Source: Rebecca billardiae RCC1528 (lineage: Eukaryota > Protista > Haptophyta). From it: a stretch of DNA of 64,000 bases. This document shows, one piece after another, positions 1 to 11,269 of the stretch. The notes below the pieces were generated by a model. It was given only the letters and a program-made list of their open reading frames with translations, was not told where the DNA came from and made no database searches. The translations under genes were made by a program, and so were the position numbers. The stretch is taken from NCBI GenBank assembly GCA_965240325.2, contig OZ251240.1, positions 1,550,001-1,614,000 of the forward strand. Reading direction: 5' to 3'. Within the stretch, counting starts at the first letter, position 1. Each line of letters begins with the position of its first letter.

Positions 1-36
1 CAACCCCCACCGTGGGCCCACACTGGGGTTGGTTGG

Positions 37-125
37 ATGCTCATCCGGACAGTCGGTCGGGTGCCTTCTTGCCATACTCGGTATGCTCATCCGGACAGTC
101 GGTCGGGTGCCTTCTTGCCATACTC
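37..125. repeat. Tandem duplication, 46-bp period (43-bp identical core)
   Basis: ATGCTCATCCGGACAGTCGGTCGGGTGCCTTCTTGCCATACTC occurs at 37-79 and 83-125. Confidence 0.95.
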
Positions 126-2577
126 CGTACTCGCTAGCTTCGCCTCTGCGCCGTCCGTCCGAGCGCTGCCAGTGCCCTCGGCCGCACGCAGTATGCGCGG
201 GCCCGCAACCCGATGGCCGCTGCCGCGCTGCGTGTCCGGACGATCCCTTTCCGCGGCCGGCCGCCCCTTTTCTACTGTCCCTGGCTGCCTACTCAGCCCA
301 GGCTCTGCACAATTGATCGACTACAGACTTCTCCCTCACTCTTGGCAGTCGAAGAACGAGTTCTAGCCCCGAGCAGCCGGGCGCCGACCGTGCGGGCGTA
401 GTCAGTCAGGCGAGGTGCCGAGGTCGGGCGGACATGCTGCGCGTGATGATACCGCCAGATGAGCGAGCGCGACTGCGCGAATAGCTTTGACAGCTTCCGT
501 GCCGACCATCGTCGTCTCCGGACCACTCCTGAACTCAGCGCAACATGAACCGTGATCACGACCCGGCCCACTGCGGCGTGCACGCACAGTTCTCGTCCTG
601 CCAGCTTACGCGGCCCGTGGGCCGAACGTAGCTACGTGCCAAGTCAGGCCTGGCAGGCCCCGGACGCGGGGCTGCAGACCACCGGTGCCGACTCAGTTGC
701 CATCAATACGCCATACGGCGGCCGATCATGGGGCACGGGCGGGCCTCACTGGCTGATCTCTCCGCCCGGCCACCTGTCCGACTTCAGTGAGCGCGCAGCC
801 GGCTCAGGGCTGCTGCGTGCACGCTGTGCACGGGCCGGCCTGGCGCTGACTGGCTTCGGAGTGGCTCGCCGGGGCCGCACCGAGCCCGGGGCACCGCCCT
901 ACCGGCGCGACCCGCCCACAGACCGCGCCGGCGCGGCTGCCGTGCGCCTTGAAGCCGTGCGTTCACTATATAGTAGCGACTGTGGCCCGACTCTACTGCG
1001 CCCACCGACCGCGCCGGCTGACGCGGTCACGCGCGGGCCAGCGCCGCGGTCCGGGCCCCGGCGGCCCGCGGGCGCGGCCCGCGCGGCCGCCGCGGCGGGC
1101 CGCGGATGCCGCCGCTCGGGGCCCCGCTGCGGCCCGCGTCTGCCCGATGCGGCGGAGCCGGCTGCACGCCGGTCTCTCTTATTTGAACCTAACTATATAC
1201 GGGTGCTGTACAACCTGCTCACTGCTGAGTTTCTGACGATCGGAACGGGAATGCTGCTGCCATCATGACATTCTGGCCTCAGCCGTAGGTCACATCACTC
1301 GGACGAATGCGCACCGTCGTTCCGCGGCGCCGGCTGGGAGTCCGAGGGAGACGGAGTCGGCGGCCGGCGCCGGATTCGAACTGGACACTGCTGCCTTCGA
1401 GATCCTTGTCGTTCCTGGGCGCCGCCGGCCGTGCACGGCGGGCGCCCGGTCTGCGTGCCACAATGCTGCGTCACAAGTCGGAGCTCGTGCGTCGCGGCCT
1501 CGGTCCGCGGTGAGTCGGTCGGCGCCGGCGGCATGGCCCGAGCTCCGCGTGTGGGCGGGCGGCGGTGCGGGCTGCCCGCGAGCGCCGCTGGGAAGGATGC
1601 GTCGGCGATGTGATGACAAGCGCGACGATGCCCGAGGCGCCAGGTGAGAAGCACGGCGCTCGTCGGGACGTGACGCGCGCGCGCCCGGTCGGGATCGGCT
1701 GGGCAGCGAGGCTATGCATGCTTCTGCTCGCAGGCGCCACGCTCGAAGCAGACTGTGCACGGCTGGCGCCACTTGCCCCGGAAGGCGCACGTATCAACCG
1801 TGCCGTATGCAGTTCGTGGCGTCATCGACGCGCCGCGCCGAACCAGGTCCCACGCTGCTCGGAGCGGGAGCAGCAGGCCATCGCTGCCGCGTGCGCCGGC
1901 CGAGGGCGGTCCGGCGACGGTGGAGAGGGCGGTGGGGCGCCGGCTGGTGGCGTTGGGCAGAGCGGCGGCAAACGCACGAGCCACGCGTGCGAGCATTGCA
2001 CTCTCGGCGCTGGCGGGAGGCGGCGAGTCGGCGAGGGAAGGTCTCGACGGTCGCGAAGGGCTCTCGAGACGTCGGTGTGGTCGCGAGTTCGCGACTCGCA
2101 AGGTGCGCAAAAGGGCCAACGGAGAGGGGGGGGGGCCGCCCCGCCCCAATCGGCACGAGAGGACGGACGAGGGTGCGAGGTTTCAACTCGAGGCGGCGGT
2201 TTGGCTAATGAGATTGCGTGCATGATGAAATAGGGGGCAGGTGGCGGGTTCCGTCCGTCATTGGGTCGTCATCCGAGATTGATTGGTCAGATTGCAGGCG
2301 CTCCAATTAATGAAGCCTGGCATTCAAGCAGAATCGGGGTAAGATGCAGTGATGCACGCTCCCCGATTGGTGGTTGCGAGAGCGGGCGGCATCACGGCTG
2401 ATGCAGTCGAGACGAGGCGAGTGTCCAACGAGATCCACTCCGGGCGCGAGCAAATCAGGGCGATCCGGTTCGGGACCGCCATCGCCCACCCGCTTGACGC
2501 TTCTTGAATCTTGAGGCAGCATGGGGCCATGGGCTGCATGGGCCGGCCGGAGTAAGCAGCAAGCAGCGCGCGGCACG

Positions 2578-3846
2578 ATGCTTCTGCCGAGCCTCGTCGT
2601 GTGGGCATCGTCGCTTCCTGGGGCGCAGCCCCAGGCGGCATTCGACTGCACCGGTAACGCCCGCCGCTCGATCCCCAACCTGTGCGCGTGCGCGCTCTCG
2701 CCGAAGCTGCGAGCCGCCGTGCGGCGCGGGGACGTGCAGGTGCTCTTCGCGCACCTCCCAAAGGCGGGGGGCACGACGGCGGAGGCGTTCTTCGACGACT
2801 ACCTGCGCAAGGCGAGCGGGCGCAAGCCCAGGCGCTTCGCGCTGCCCCGGCCGCGCGACGTCGACCGCTGGTACGCGCTCAAGCCGGAGCAGCGCACAAG
2901 CACGCGGCTGCTCGTGAGCAAGGCGAGCGCGCAGCTCGACGACGCCGCGCGCGTCGACGCGCGCGGGCTCCCGCGGCTGATGGCGACGACGCTGCGCGAC
3001 CCGGTCGAGCGCATCCTCTCGCACTTCCGGTACATCCAGCCCGCCGCGCACGCCCGGCTCGTCGAGTGGGGGATGGGCGTACCACTCAGCCGGCGCGCGC
3101 GGCCGGGAGGCTGCACCGTGCGCGGCCTCAACGCGACGGACCTCGGCGCGTTCGCGCGCTGGTACCGCGCGCACCGCACGCACCTGATCGACGTGAGCAA
3201 CCTCGCGGTGCGGCTGCTGGTGACCAGGCGCGAGAACAGCGCCCACGCGCTGGCGAGCCAGTCCGAGTCCTACTGGGACGACCCAAAGTGCATGCCGACC
3301 GCGCTGCCGCTGCCCGCGGTGAGCTCGTCCGATCTCGCGCACGCGCAGCGCCGGCTCGCGCGCATGGCGCTGGTGGGGCTGGTGCACGACATGGGGACGG
3401 TGCTCCGCGTGTGGCGCGCCGCGCTCGGGATGGGCGCCGCCGAGCACGCGCCGCCGCCGCCCGCGCCCGCACGGAACGCCTCCCGCCCAACCGGAAAGTC
3501 CGGGTCCGGAAAGTCCGGGTGGATGTGCGGCGAGAGCCAATCAAACGACTGCACGGGGGCGACGGGCGCGCGCGCGGCGCTCGAGCGCGAGTGGCCGGCG
3601 CTGGTGCGGCAGATCGAGGCGGACAACCGCTTCGACATGCAGCTGTGGGCGTACGCCACGTCTCTCTACGAGCTGCAGCTGCGCGCGTGCAACGACCGCC
3701 TGCGCCGCCCCAAGCAGCAGCACTCCGCCAGCCTCGACAACGCGCCGACACGGCTGCCGCGCCAGCCGACGCCGACGGCGCGCGGCCCGCTGGCGGACAG
3801 GCTCCGGCCCCGTCGGAAGCAGCAGCCTGGCAGTGGCACGCGGTGA
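2578..3846 (+). CDS. Secretory/Golgi-type carbohydrate sulfotransferase (Sulfotransfer_2 / Gal3ST-like)
   Basis: 5'-PSB motif FAHLPKAGGTT, 3'-PB motif TLRDPVERILSHF, later 'LARMALVGLVHD' and 'N.FDMQLW.YA' segments typical of the family; hydrophobic N-terminus MLLPSLVVWA. Upstream ATG at 2521 is also possible. Confidence 0.8.
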   Translation: MLLPSLVVWASSLPGAQPQAAFDCTGNARRSIPNLCACALSPKLRAAVRRGDVQVLFAHLPKAGGTTAEAFFDDYLRKASGRKPRRFALPRPRDVDRWYALKPEQRTSTRLLVSKASAQLDDAARVDARGLPRLMATTLRDPVERILSHFRYIQPAAHARLVEWGMGVPLSRRARPGGCTVRGLNATDLGAFARWYRAHRTHLIDVSNLAVRLLVTRRENSAHALASQSESYWDDPKCMPTALPLPAVSSSDLAHAQRRLARMALVGLVHDMGTVLRVWRAALGMGAAEHAPPPPAPARNASRPTGKSGSGKSGWMCGESQSNDCTGATGARAALEREWPALVRQIEADNRFDMQLWAYATSLYELQLRACNDRLRRPKQQHSASLDNAPTRLPRQPTPTARGPLADRLRPRRKQQPGSGTR

Positions 3847-4257
3847 CAGCCATGCACGCCGTAGCTGCAGGCACGGCCCACGGCCCACGCACTGCACATC
3901 GCCGCATGCCATGGCGGGCCCGGAGGCTCCTGCCAGTATCTAGAGTATGAAGTGATGAACAGTGATACGCATGCAGGATGATGCATCGTCATGAACGAAT
4001 CGTACTCGTACAGTTTACTCAGAATAACACAGCTCAGGCAGGCGAGATGTAGGCTACGACTACCTGAACGAGTCCGGGTCTGGGCTCTGGCGCGGCCTTG
4101 CTGCAGCAGTCCGCAGGGCGCAGGCTGCCAGGCTGCTGCAGCAGGATCGGTCCGGGCTGCGCGCGAATAAGCAGCAAGCTAGCCGAACCAGGTCTGCAAC
4201 AGCATCGCGAGTAGGTCACCCCCGGCACGGGCCCGAGCGCAAGCGCGCGGGCGCGAG

Positions 4258-6888
4258 ATGGCCGCGGCGGCAGCGGGCGGCGGCGGCGGCGGCGGCGCGC
4301 TCGCGGCGATCTTCGAGCGCGTGGGCGAGCTCGCGCCCACCTTCACCCCGACCTACCCCAACGCCACGCTCGCCGGCGTCGACGTCGAGTACGACGTGCT
4401 CGCGCTGATTGTTGCGCGGCTGCGCGCGAGAGAGTTGCACGCGCTCGGCGCGACGTGCCGCGCGCTGCGCGCGCTGTGCGCGCGGGCGGTGCCGGGGATG
4501 CGGCTGGAGCTCTACCCGCACCAGCGCGCCTCGCTCGCGTGGATGCTCGCGCGCGAGGCCGAGCGCCCGCACCGCGGCGGCATCCTAGCGGACGAGCCGG
4601 GCACGGGCAAAACGATCACGGTCGCGGCGCTCCTGTGCAAGACGGCGGGGCTGTGGAGCGGCGGCGCGGAGTCGGAGGGTGCGGGTGCGTGCAAGGCGGC
4701 GCGGCGCGACGACGACGCCTGGGCCAGGCTCACGCCCACCTACCGCCGCCTCGAGCTCGTGCGCGTGCTCCGCCGACTGCGCGAGCGCGCGCCGCACGAA
4801 TTTCCGTTTTTCGAAAAAGGCGCCGCGCGCGACGCGGCGCGGCTGCCCGGGTACGCGCGGGTGGTGGGGCGGCCGGCGGTGGACTACGCGGGCGTGGCGA
4901 CCGACGAGGCCGCCGCGCGCCTGCACACCCTCGCCGACGTGCGCGCCGCGCTCGCCCAAGTCACCGACAACGCGATCCTCTACTGGAGCCACGAGGAGAG
5001 GCGCGCGGCCGCGGCGGCCGACGACGGCTTGCTGCGGCGCGCGCGCACGGTGCGCGCGGCGGCGGAGACGCTGGCGGGCGCGCTGGACGAGGCGATCGGC
5101 GGCGTGCTCCGCCGCGCGCCGCCGCCGCGCCCCGCGCCGCGCGCGTCGCGCGCCACGCTCATCGTCGTGCCGCGCCCGCTGCTGCAGCACTGGCGCGAGC
5201 AACTGAGCTGGCACGTCGATCGAAGCATTTTGGGCGCCGAGATTCTGTTCGACGAGCGGTTCGGGATGGACGCGGGTGCGGCGCGGCGCGGCGGCGGCGG
5301 TCGGCGCGACCCGCTCGACGGCGCGGACGCCGACGACGACGCGTGCGCCGCGCGCCTCGCGCGCTGCGCCGCCTTCGTCACCTGCGCCGAGCGGCTCTCG
5401 CTCGAGCATAGCGCGCGCGGCGCGCGCTCGGTACTCACGCGGGTAAAGTGGGTACGGGTGCTCGCGGACGAGGGGCACTTCCTCGGCGGCGGCGCGCTCA
5501 CCGCGGCGAAGGCGCTGCTCGGCGGCCTCCACGCCGAGCGGCGCTGGGTCATCTCCGGCACGCCCGCCAAGGAGACGGCGCTCGCCGAGGGGTTGCGCGG
5601 CCTCGACGGATTATTATCTTTTCTGCGCCACCCGGCGCGAAAGCGCTTTGGCGCGGAGCTCGGCCGCCCGCTCGCGCGCGGCGCGCCCGGCGCGGCGGAC
5701 GCGCTGGTGCGCTTCCTCCGCGGCGTGATGGTGCGGCAGCTCAAGCGGCGCATCGCGCTGCCGCCGCCGCGCCGCCGCGTCGTCACCCTCCGCTGCTCCG
5801 CCGCCGAGCGGCTCGCGTATAACACCGTCGCGGGCTATATCGGCGCGAATTTGCTTCTGACCGGGCTGCGGGGCGGCACGCGCGGCGCGGGCGCGGACGC
5901 GTCGCTGCTGCACGCGGCGAACGCGCGCGAGGCGCGCGTCGCGCTGGACAACGCGCGGCTCGCGTGCAACGGCGGCGGCGCCTTCGTCGCGCAGCTCGCG
6001 CCGCCATTCTTTGACGAAACAAGAGACACGCTCGCCGAGCGGTACCGCGCGCCGCCGGACGTCGTCGAGCGCGCGTGCGACTTCATGCGCGGCGCGTGCG
6101 TCGGGCGCGCGGCGGCGTGCGACGCGTGCGGCGTCGCCTCGCTGCTCCAGCTCATCATGCCCGCGTGCGGCCACCTCGCCTGCGCCGAGTGCGTTCGCGC
6201 CGCCACCGCCGGCGCGGCCGACGCGGACGCGGACGCGGGCGCGGCCGACTCGACGGCGCGAGAGCCGCCGCCGCCCGCGTGCCCCGCGTGCTCGGCGCCC
6301 TTCCCCGCGCCGACGTACCTCAAGTGCGCGCGGTGCGAGCACGTGCGCTGCGCGCACGCCGCGCCGCGCGAGCCGTTCACCGAGCACCCCGTCGACGCCT
6401 TCGCCTACCTCCAGCCAGGCTTCGAGCTCGCGTGGGCCGAGACGCGCCGCGAAAATGCCGCGCTGGAATTGGAAAAGGCATATAAATGCGCCGCGCTCGC
6501 GCGGCGGCGCAGGGCGGCTGCTGCGGCGAGGGAGGGCGAGGCGGGGCACGCGAGCGCGCCGCCGCAGCTGTTGCTGCCGCCGCCGACGACGGCACCGGCG
6601 GCGGTGGCGACGACGACGGCGCCGGGCGGCGCCTTCATCACGCCCGAGCGCCGCCGCCTCGCGAGCGCCGCCGCCGAGCCGGCGGCGCCGGCCGACGGCG
6701 GCGGCGCGCCCGCGGCGGTGGCGGTGCCGCCTGCGCCGAGTGCCGCCACCGTGACGCCTGCGGGCACGTGCGCCGGCACGAGCGCCGATCGCATCGCGAT
6801 CGCGGCGGGGCCGAGCGCCGACGCCGCTGGCCCGGCCGTGGGGACGGCCGGTGCCGCCACCGGAAGCGGCGGCGCGAGCGGCGCTGCG

Positions 6889-6949
<61 letters not shown>

Positions 6950-8637
6950 CGGACGGCAGCGCGCTCGAGATCGGCGCTGGCAGCAGCGCTCGCGAGGAGG
7001 AGGACGAGGGCGAGGAGGGCGGGCTGGGCTCGCTGCCGCACAGCAAGGCGGCGTACATCATCTCGCGCCTCACCGAGCTGCGAGACGCCGCGCCGCCCGC
7101 CGCCGCCGCCGCCGCCGTCGTCGACCGCCGCGCCGCGCCCGCCGCGCCGCGCCGTGACGGCGGCGGCGCCGAGCGCGGCGGCGGCGACGGCGGCGCAGAC
7201 GTGCGCGTGGTGGTGTACTCCGAGTCGCGCAAGGCGCTCGATGGCGTGGGCCACTACCTGTACTCGCACTTTGGCGACGACGCCGTCGCGCAGTTCTGGG
7301 GCCGCTACCGCAGCTCCGAATTAAATAAATTCCGCTCGCGCGCCGTGCACACGTGGCGGTGCGCAGCGTGCCCGGCGCGGCGCGACGGCCGCGACGGCGG
7401 CGCCGGCTCGGCGGCCGGGTGGCGCGAGGTGGAGTGGCCGGAGGATCGGTGCTACGGGCGGCACCTGACGGTGCTCGTGGAGGTGCTGCAGCCGCCCGCC
7501 GCGCCGCAGCCGCCCGCCGCCGCCGCCGCCGCGCACGACGCGCCACCGCCCGCGCCCGCCGCGCAGCCGCCGCCCGAGCCGGCGGCGCCGGCGCCGGCTG
7601 GCCTCGGCACGAAAACGCTTCGGGTCGTCGTGAACGAGGAGGAGGTGCTGGGGTTCGCGCCGGGGCGGCGATGGGCCGTGGGCGAGCCCGTGCGCGTGCC
7701 GCGCGCGGCGCTTCCCGCCGGCGCGCTGCCTGTCGGCGGCGGCCTCGGCGGCGGCGGCGGCCTCGGCGGCGGCGGCGGCGGCGGTGTGGGCGGCAACGGC
7801 GGCGGCCTCGGCGGCGGCGGCGGCGGCGGTGTGGGCGGCAACGGCGGCGGCCTCGGCGGCGGCGGTGTGGGCGGCAACGGCGGCAACGGCGGCGGCTTAT
7901 TTGGCGGCGGTGGTGGCGGCGGCGTTTGGGTCGAGGGGCGGATCCACTCGTTCGCGCGGTGCAACGCGCGCATCCCGCCGGGCGCGGCGCTCGCCGAGCG
8001 GCCGTGCGACTGCTTCATCCTCCTGCTCACGCGCGACGGCTCGCACGGGCTCGATTTGTCGATGGTGAGCCATCTATTTTTGATCGACCAGATTTGGGAG
8101 CCGACTGTTGAGGCGCAGGTCGTGGCGCGCGCCTTCCGCATGGGCGCGGCGGCGTCCGTCGTGGTGGAGCAGCTGCTGATGGGCGGGACGGTGGAGGAGG
8201 AGCTCCACCTGCTGCACCGCAGGCAGCGCGCGCGGCGCGCGGCCAAGCGCGACGCCGGCGCGGACGCGGACGCGGACGCGGACGCCGACGCGGACGGCGG
8301 GGCGGACGCGCGGGGCAACGAGCGCGGCGGCGCCAAGCGGCAGGCGGTCGGCGGCGGCGAGGGCGCGCCCACGGCGGTGCCGGTGCCCGCGCCCACGTCG
8401 GCGCGCGTCGAGCGCCACCGCGACGAGGCCAAGGTGCACCACCTCCTGCGCTCGCTGGCCTTCATTCGCGACGGCGCCGACGGCGCGGGCGCGCCGAGGC
8501 CCAGAGGCACAGGACTCGCAGGGGAGCCGCTGCGCCGGCGGCGCGTGACGGTGGCGGAGGCGGAGCTCAGCGCTGAGGCGGCGGCCGGCGCGGCCGGCGC
8601 GGGCCTTCTCGCGGGGCCAGGCGCCGTACCTCACTAG
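4258..8637 (+). CDS. Rad5/Rad16-like SNF2 ATPase with N-terminal F-box-like motif, bromodomain-like insert and RING finger
   Basis: LYPHQ..SLAWM, GGILADEPGTGKT (I), TLIVVP (Ia), WVRVLADEGH (II), WVISGTP (III), RING CDAC..CGHLACAEC..CPAC, HelicC GSHGLDL..IWEP.VEAQVVARAFRMG; F-box-like 'YDVLALIVARLRARELHALGATCRALRALC'. Confidence 0.9.
6889..6939. repeat. (GGC)n trinucleotide tract encoding poly-Gly in the SNF2 gene
   Basis: About 17 consecutive GGC units. Confidence 0.9.
7735..7923. repeat. Coding minisatellite (GGGLGGGGGGGVGGN-type units)
   Basis: Imperfect tandem copies of ggcggcggcctcggcggc...ggtgtgggcggcaac inside the SNF2 ORF. Confidence 0.85.
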
Positions 8638-8889
8638 CGGCTTGCGTGAGACTGGCGTCGGGTCCGCATGGGCGGCGCCGAGCGGGGCCCCATGACGAGG
8701 GAGTCTTCGGAATGAATGCACGGCCGCCATCGTAGAGCACCACAATGGCCGCTCCCGGAATCCCGGATCGCCGAGGTCCTGCTCAGCGGCGGGCCGCCCG
8801 GCGGCCCCAGCGCTCCCGGAAAAGCGGCGTGAAAAGGCAGGTGGCGGCACGGCGCGCGCCCGATGCCTGCAACAGCGGCAGCAGCGGCC

Positions 8890-10233
8890 ATGAGCGCGGC
8901 GCAGGCGCAGCACCGGTGGCGCAGGCGCGGCGCGTGGGCGCTGGGCGGCGGGACGGTCGTCGCCGCGCTCGTCCTCTGCGCCGTCGCCTGGCACTCCCCC
9001 GCGCACGACGAGCTGCCCGCCGCGCTCGTGCCGGCGCCGCTCGAGGCCGCGCCGCCGCCGCTCGAGAAGTCGTATCAGGCATGCATGAGTTGCATGGCGG
9101 CGACGTGCGACAAATCGTCGGTGCAGCCCGGGCCCGAGGAGAAGAAGGGCAAGGGCAATCACAGCCGGACGCGCGCACGCGCGGGCCACGGCGCGAACGC
9201 CCACCACCGCACCACCCACCACGCCAAGGGGCGAGGCAAGGGCGGCGGCAAGGGCGGCGGCGGCACTGGCGGCACCGGCGGCGGCCATGGCGGCGGCGGC
9301 TGCGCGGCGACGTACGCCGACCCGTCGGGCGCCGAGCGGTACTACTGCATGTGCAAGTGCTGCCGCATGCAGTGCGGCCTCAACCGCCTGTGCTCGACCA
9401 AGCCCGACGCGGCGTCGCCGCCGCCGCCGCCGCCGGCCGGGCTTGCTGAGGCGCGAGCCGTCGTCGATGACCTCGGCGCGCTGGGCAACCCGTGCGCCGA
9501 GCTCGGCAGCGCGGTGATCACGGAGGCGATCCGCTTCGTCGGCTCGCGCTGCGTGCAGGTCTGCCTCCCCGCCACGCGCAAGAACGACTTCTTGCGCCGC
9601 GGGCTCATCTTCGGGCGCGGCTGGTGCGGGCAGCACGGGTACACCGAATATGAAACGGACGCTCTGAACGAGGGGGTGCACGCGTTCGTGTTCGCTCCGG
9701 GCGAGGGCGTGGTGGTGGAGCGGCCCGACGCGGGCGACGGGGTGGCCGCGCTGGCGCCGCCGCCGCCGCTCAGCACCGTCCGCCCCGCGCCGCGCTCGCC
9801 GCCGTCCCCGCCGCCGGCGCCGCTGCGCCCGCCGCTCGGCGACGCGACGCCCAACGCTCGGAACACCGTCAACTTCACCGACGTGAACCCGTGCGTCGCG
9901 GCGAAGGAGGAGCACAAGAACGTGATGGTCGACGCGACGAAGGTGAGCGGGCGCACGTGCACCCAGGTCTGCCTGCCCGAGGCCTTCCGCCTCATCGGCG
10001 AGAAGCGAGGCATCCACACGGGCAACGGCTCGTGTGTCGACCGCGGCTACAACTCGTTCGTGACGTCGGGCAAGAACGGCGGCGTGTGGTGGTACGTCTT
10101 CATCGACTACCGGAAGCCCAAGCCGGGCGCGCCGATGCCGCCGCCGTCCTCGTCGCCGCCGGCGCTCCCGCCCCCGCCGCAGGGCGGCTGGGGCAATGCG
10201 GCCGGAGTCAGGCTTCTACGGCGTGGGCGGTGA
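8890..10233 (+). CDS. Membrane-anchored/secreted Cys-rich protein with a duplicated ~70-aa 4-Cys domain; function unknown
   Basis: N-terminal hydrophobic stretch (GAWALGGGTVVAALVLCAVAW), strong codon bias, two homologous NPC..C.QVCLP..RG...G.G.C...GY...N.GV...VF units separated by Pro-rich linkers. Confidence 0.8.
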   Translation: MSAAQAQHRWRRRGAWALGGGTVVAALVLCAVAWHSPAHDELPAALVPAPLEAAPPPLEKSYQACMSCMAATCDKSSVQPGPEEKKGKGNHSRTRARAGHGANAHHRTTHHAKGRGKGGGKGGGGTGGTGGGHGGGGCAATYADPSGAERYYCMCKCCRMQCGLNRLCSTKPDAASPPPPPPAGLAEARAVVDDLGALGNPCAELGSAVITEAIRFVGSRCVQVCLPATRKNDFLRRGLIFGRGWCGQHGYTEYETDALNEGVHAFVFAPGEGVVVERPDAGDGVAALAPPPPLSTVRPAPRSPPSPPPAPLRPPLGDATPNARNTVNFTDVNPCVAAKEEHKNVMVDATKVSGRTCTQVCLPEAFRLIGEKRGIHTGNGSCVDRGYNSFVTSGKNGGVWWYVFIDYRKPKPGAPMPPPSSSPPALPPPPQGGWGNAAGVRLLRRGR

Positions 10234-10487
10234 GTGACTCACGAGTCACTGCGTGCTCAATGATGGACGGATTCAGTCTGCTTAGATGATGTTATTAGAC
10301 GTATCCCGCGGCGTCCACGATACGACCCGCGGTCGCCTCCATCGTATATATATAACTATACTGAGACGACTGTGCCATGACGATGATGACGACGAGTTCA
10401 CTACTAATGTGCAGAAGGCATCATATACTGATCAGCTGCATATCAGCATCAGTATATATCGTCATCCGATCGGCCGGTGCCTGACTA

Positions 10488-11045
10488 CAGGCAATCGCGG
10501 GCAATAAGGAGCTGTCACGTTAAGAAACTGGGGCTTGCTATCTGCGGATCTGGCCTAGAAACTGAGACTAGCGATTGGCTGGTTCGCTATATACGCATAG
10601 TCACACTAAGAAACCGGGAAGCGTCCTACGACTACGTCGTCCCGGCTGACGAGTGGTCCGCCGAGACTCGAGACTCGAGAGCGAGGCGCAGTCGGCCCGT
10701 CGGGGACGCGGCGCGCGGCCCGACTACGAGTACAGGCCAAGTCCTGACTTCTCCTGATGACTGACTCCTGGCCAGTGCACCGCAGCATCCATGCAACATC
10801 ATATGCCAGATTTGCTCCAAAAAGGCCCAAAACTTTCGTCGGCCTCGCCGGCCGGGCCTAAAGACTCAGCGCGGGGGGCTCTGCCCCCCTGCGCCCCCCG
10901 CGCCTGCGCGGCGGGCGGACTCCTAGCTAAGAAACTGAGACTCCGTAGGCGCTCGGGCTACCGAACGGCTAAGAAACCGAGGCTAGCCGTGAGATCTCTC
11001 GGACTTCTTAGACTTATATACGCTGTAATTGCCCGCGATTGCCTG
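10488..11045. mobile_element. MITE family E, copy 1 (Tc1/mariner-type, TA target duplication)
   Basis: TIR CAGGCAATCGCGGGCAAT...ATTGCCCGCGATTGCCTG; TA on both sides (10486-87, 11046-47); close homologue at 56094-56617. Confidence 0.9.
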
Positions 11046-11269
11046 TACTCCGCGGACGTCCGCGGTGCCTACTCCGTAACTCAGTATAATTCCGTTCCGA
11101 ACAGACCGAAGGCCGGGACCGCCGGACCGCGGCGCGGCCGCGGCGGCGCGATCAGCCGCCGCCGGTCCGCTCAGCAGCACTGTCAGCTGCTTGCTGCTAC
11201 TGCGATAACTTATGTTAAAATTATAGGCCTGTTAAACCGGACGCGACGATAGTATAGCGCAGCAGTAGA

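Noticed and set aside
1-31. Hairpin CAACCCC...GTGGGCCCAC...GGGGTTG sharing GTGGGCCCAC with the TIR at 11270
   Set aside because: At the window edge; the shared 10-mer is a GC palindrome and lacks the TAG terminus.
37-125. Possible CRISPR-like repeat
   Set aside because: Only two adjacent copies with a 3-bp gap, no spacers, no cas genes, eukaryotic context.
1712-1996. Minus-strand ORF MLARVARAF...TCAFRGKWRQPCTVC resembling organellar ribosomal protein L32
   Set aside because: Lacks the AVPK/basic N-terminal motif and the CxxC pairs; resemblance too weak to call.
3491-3520. Apparent Walker A (GKSGSGKS) in the sulfotransferase
   Set aside because: Produced by a 15-bp tandem duplication (CCGGAAAGTCCGGGT x2) in a low-complexity loop; no preceding hydrophobic strand or Walker B.
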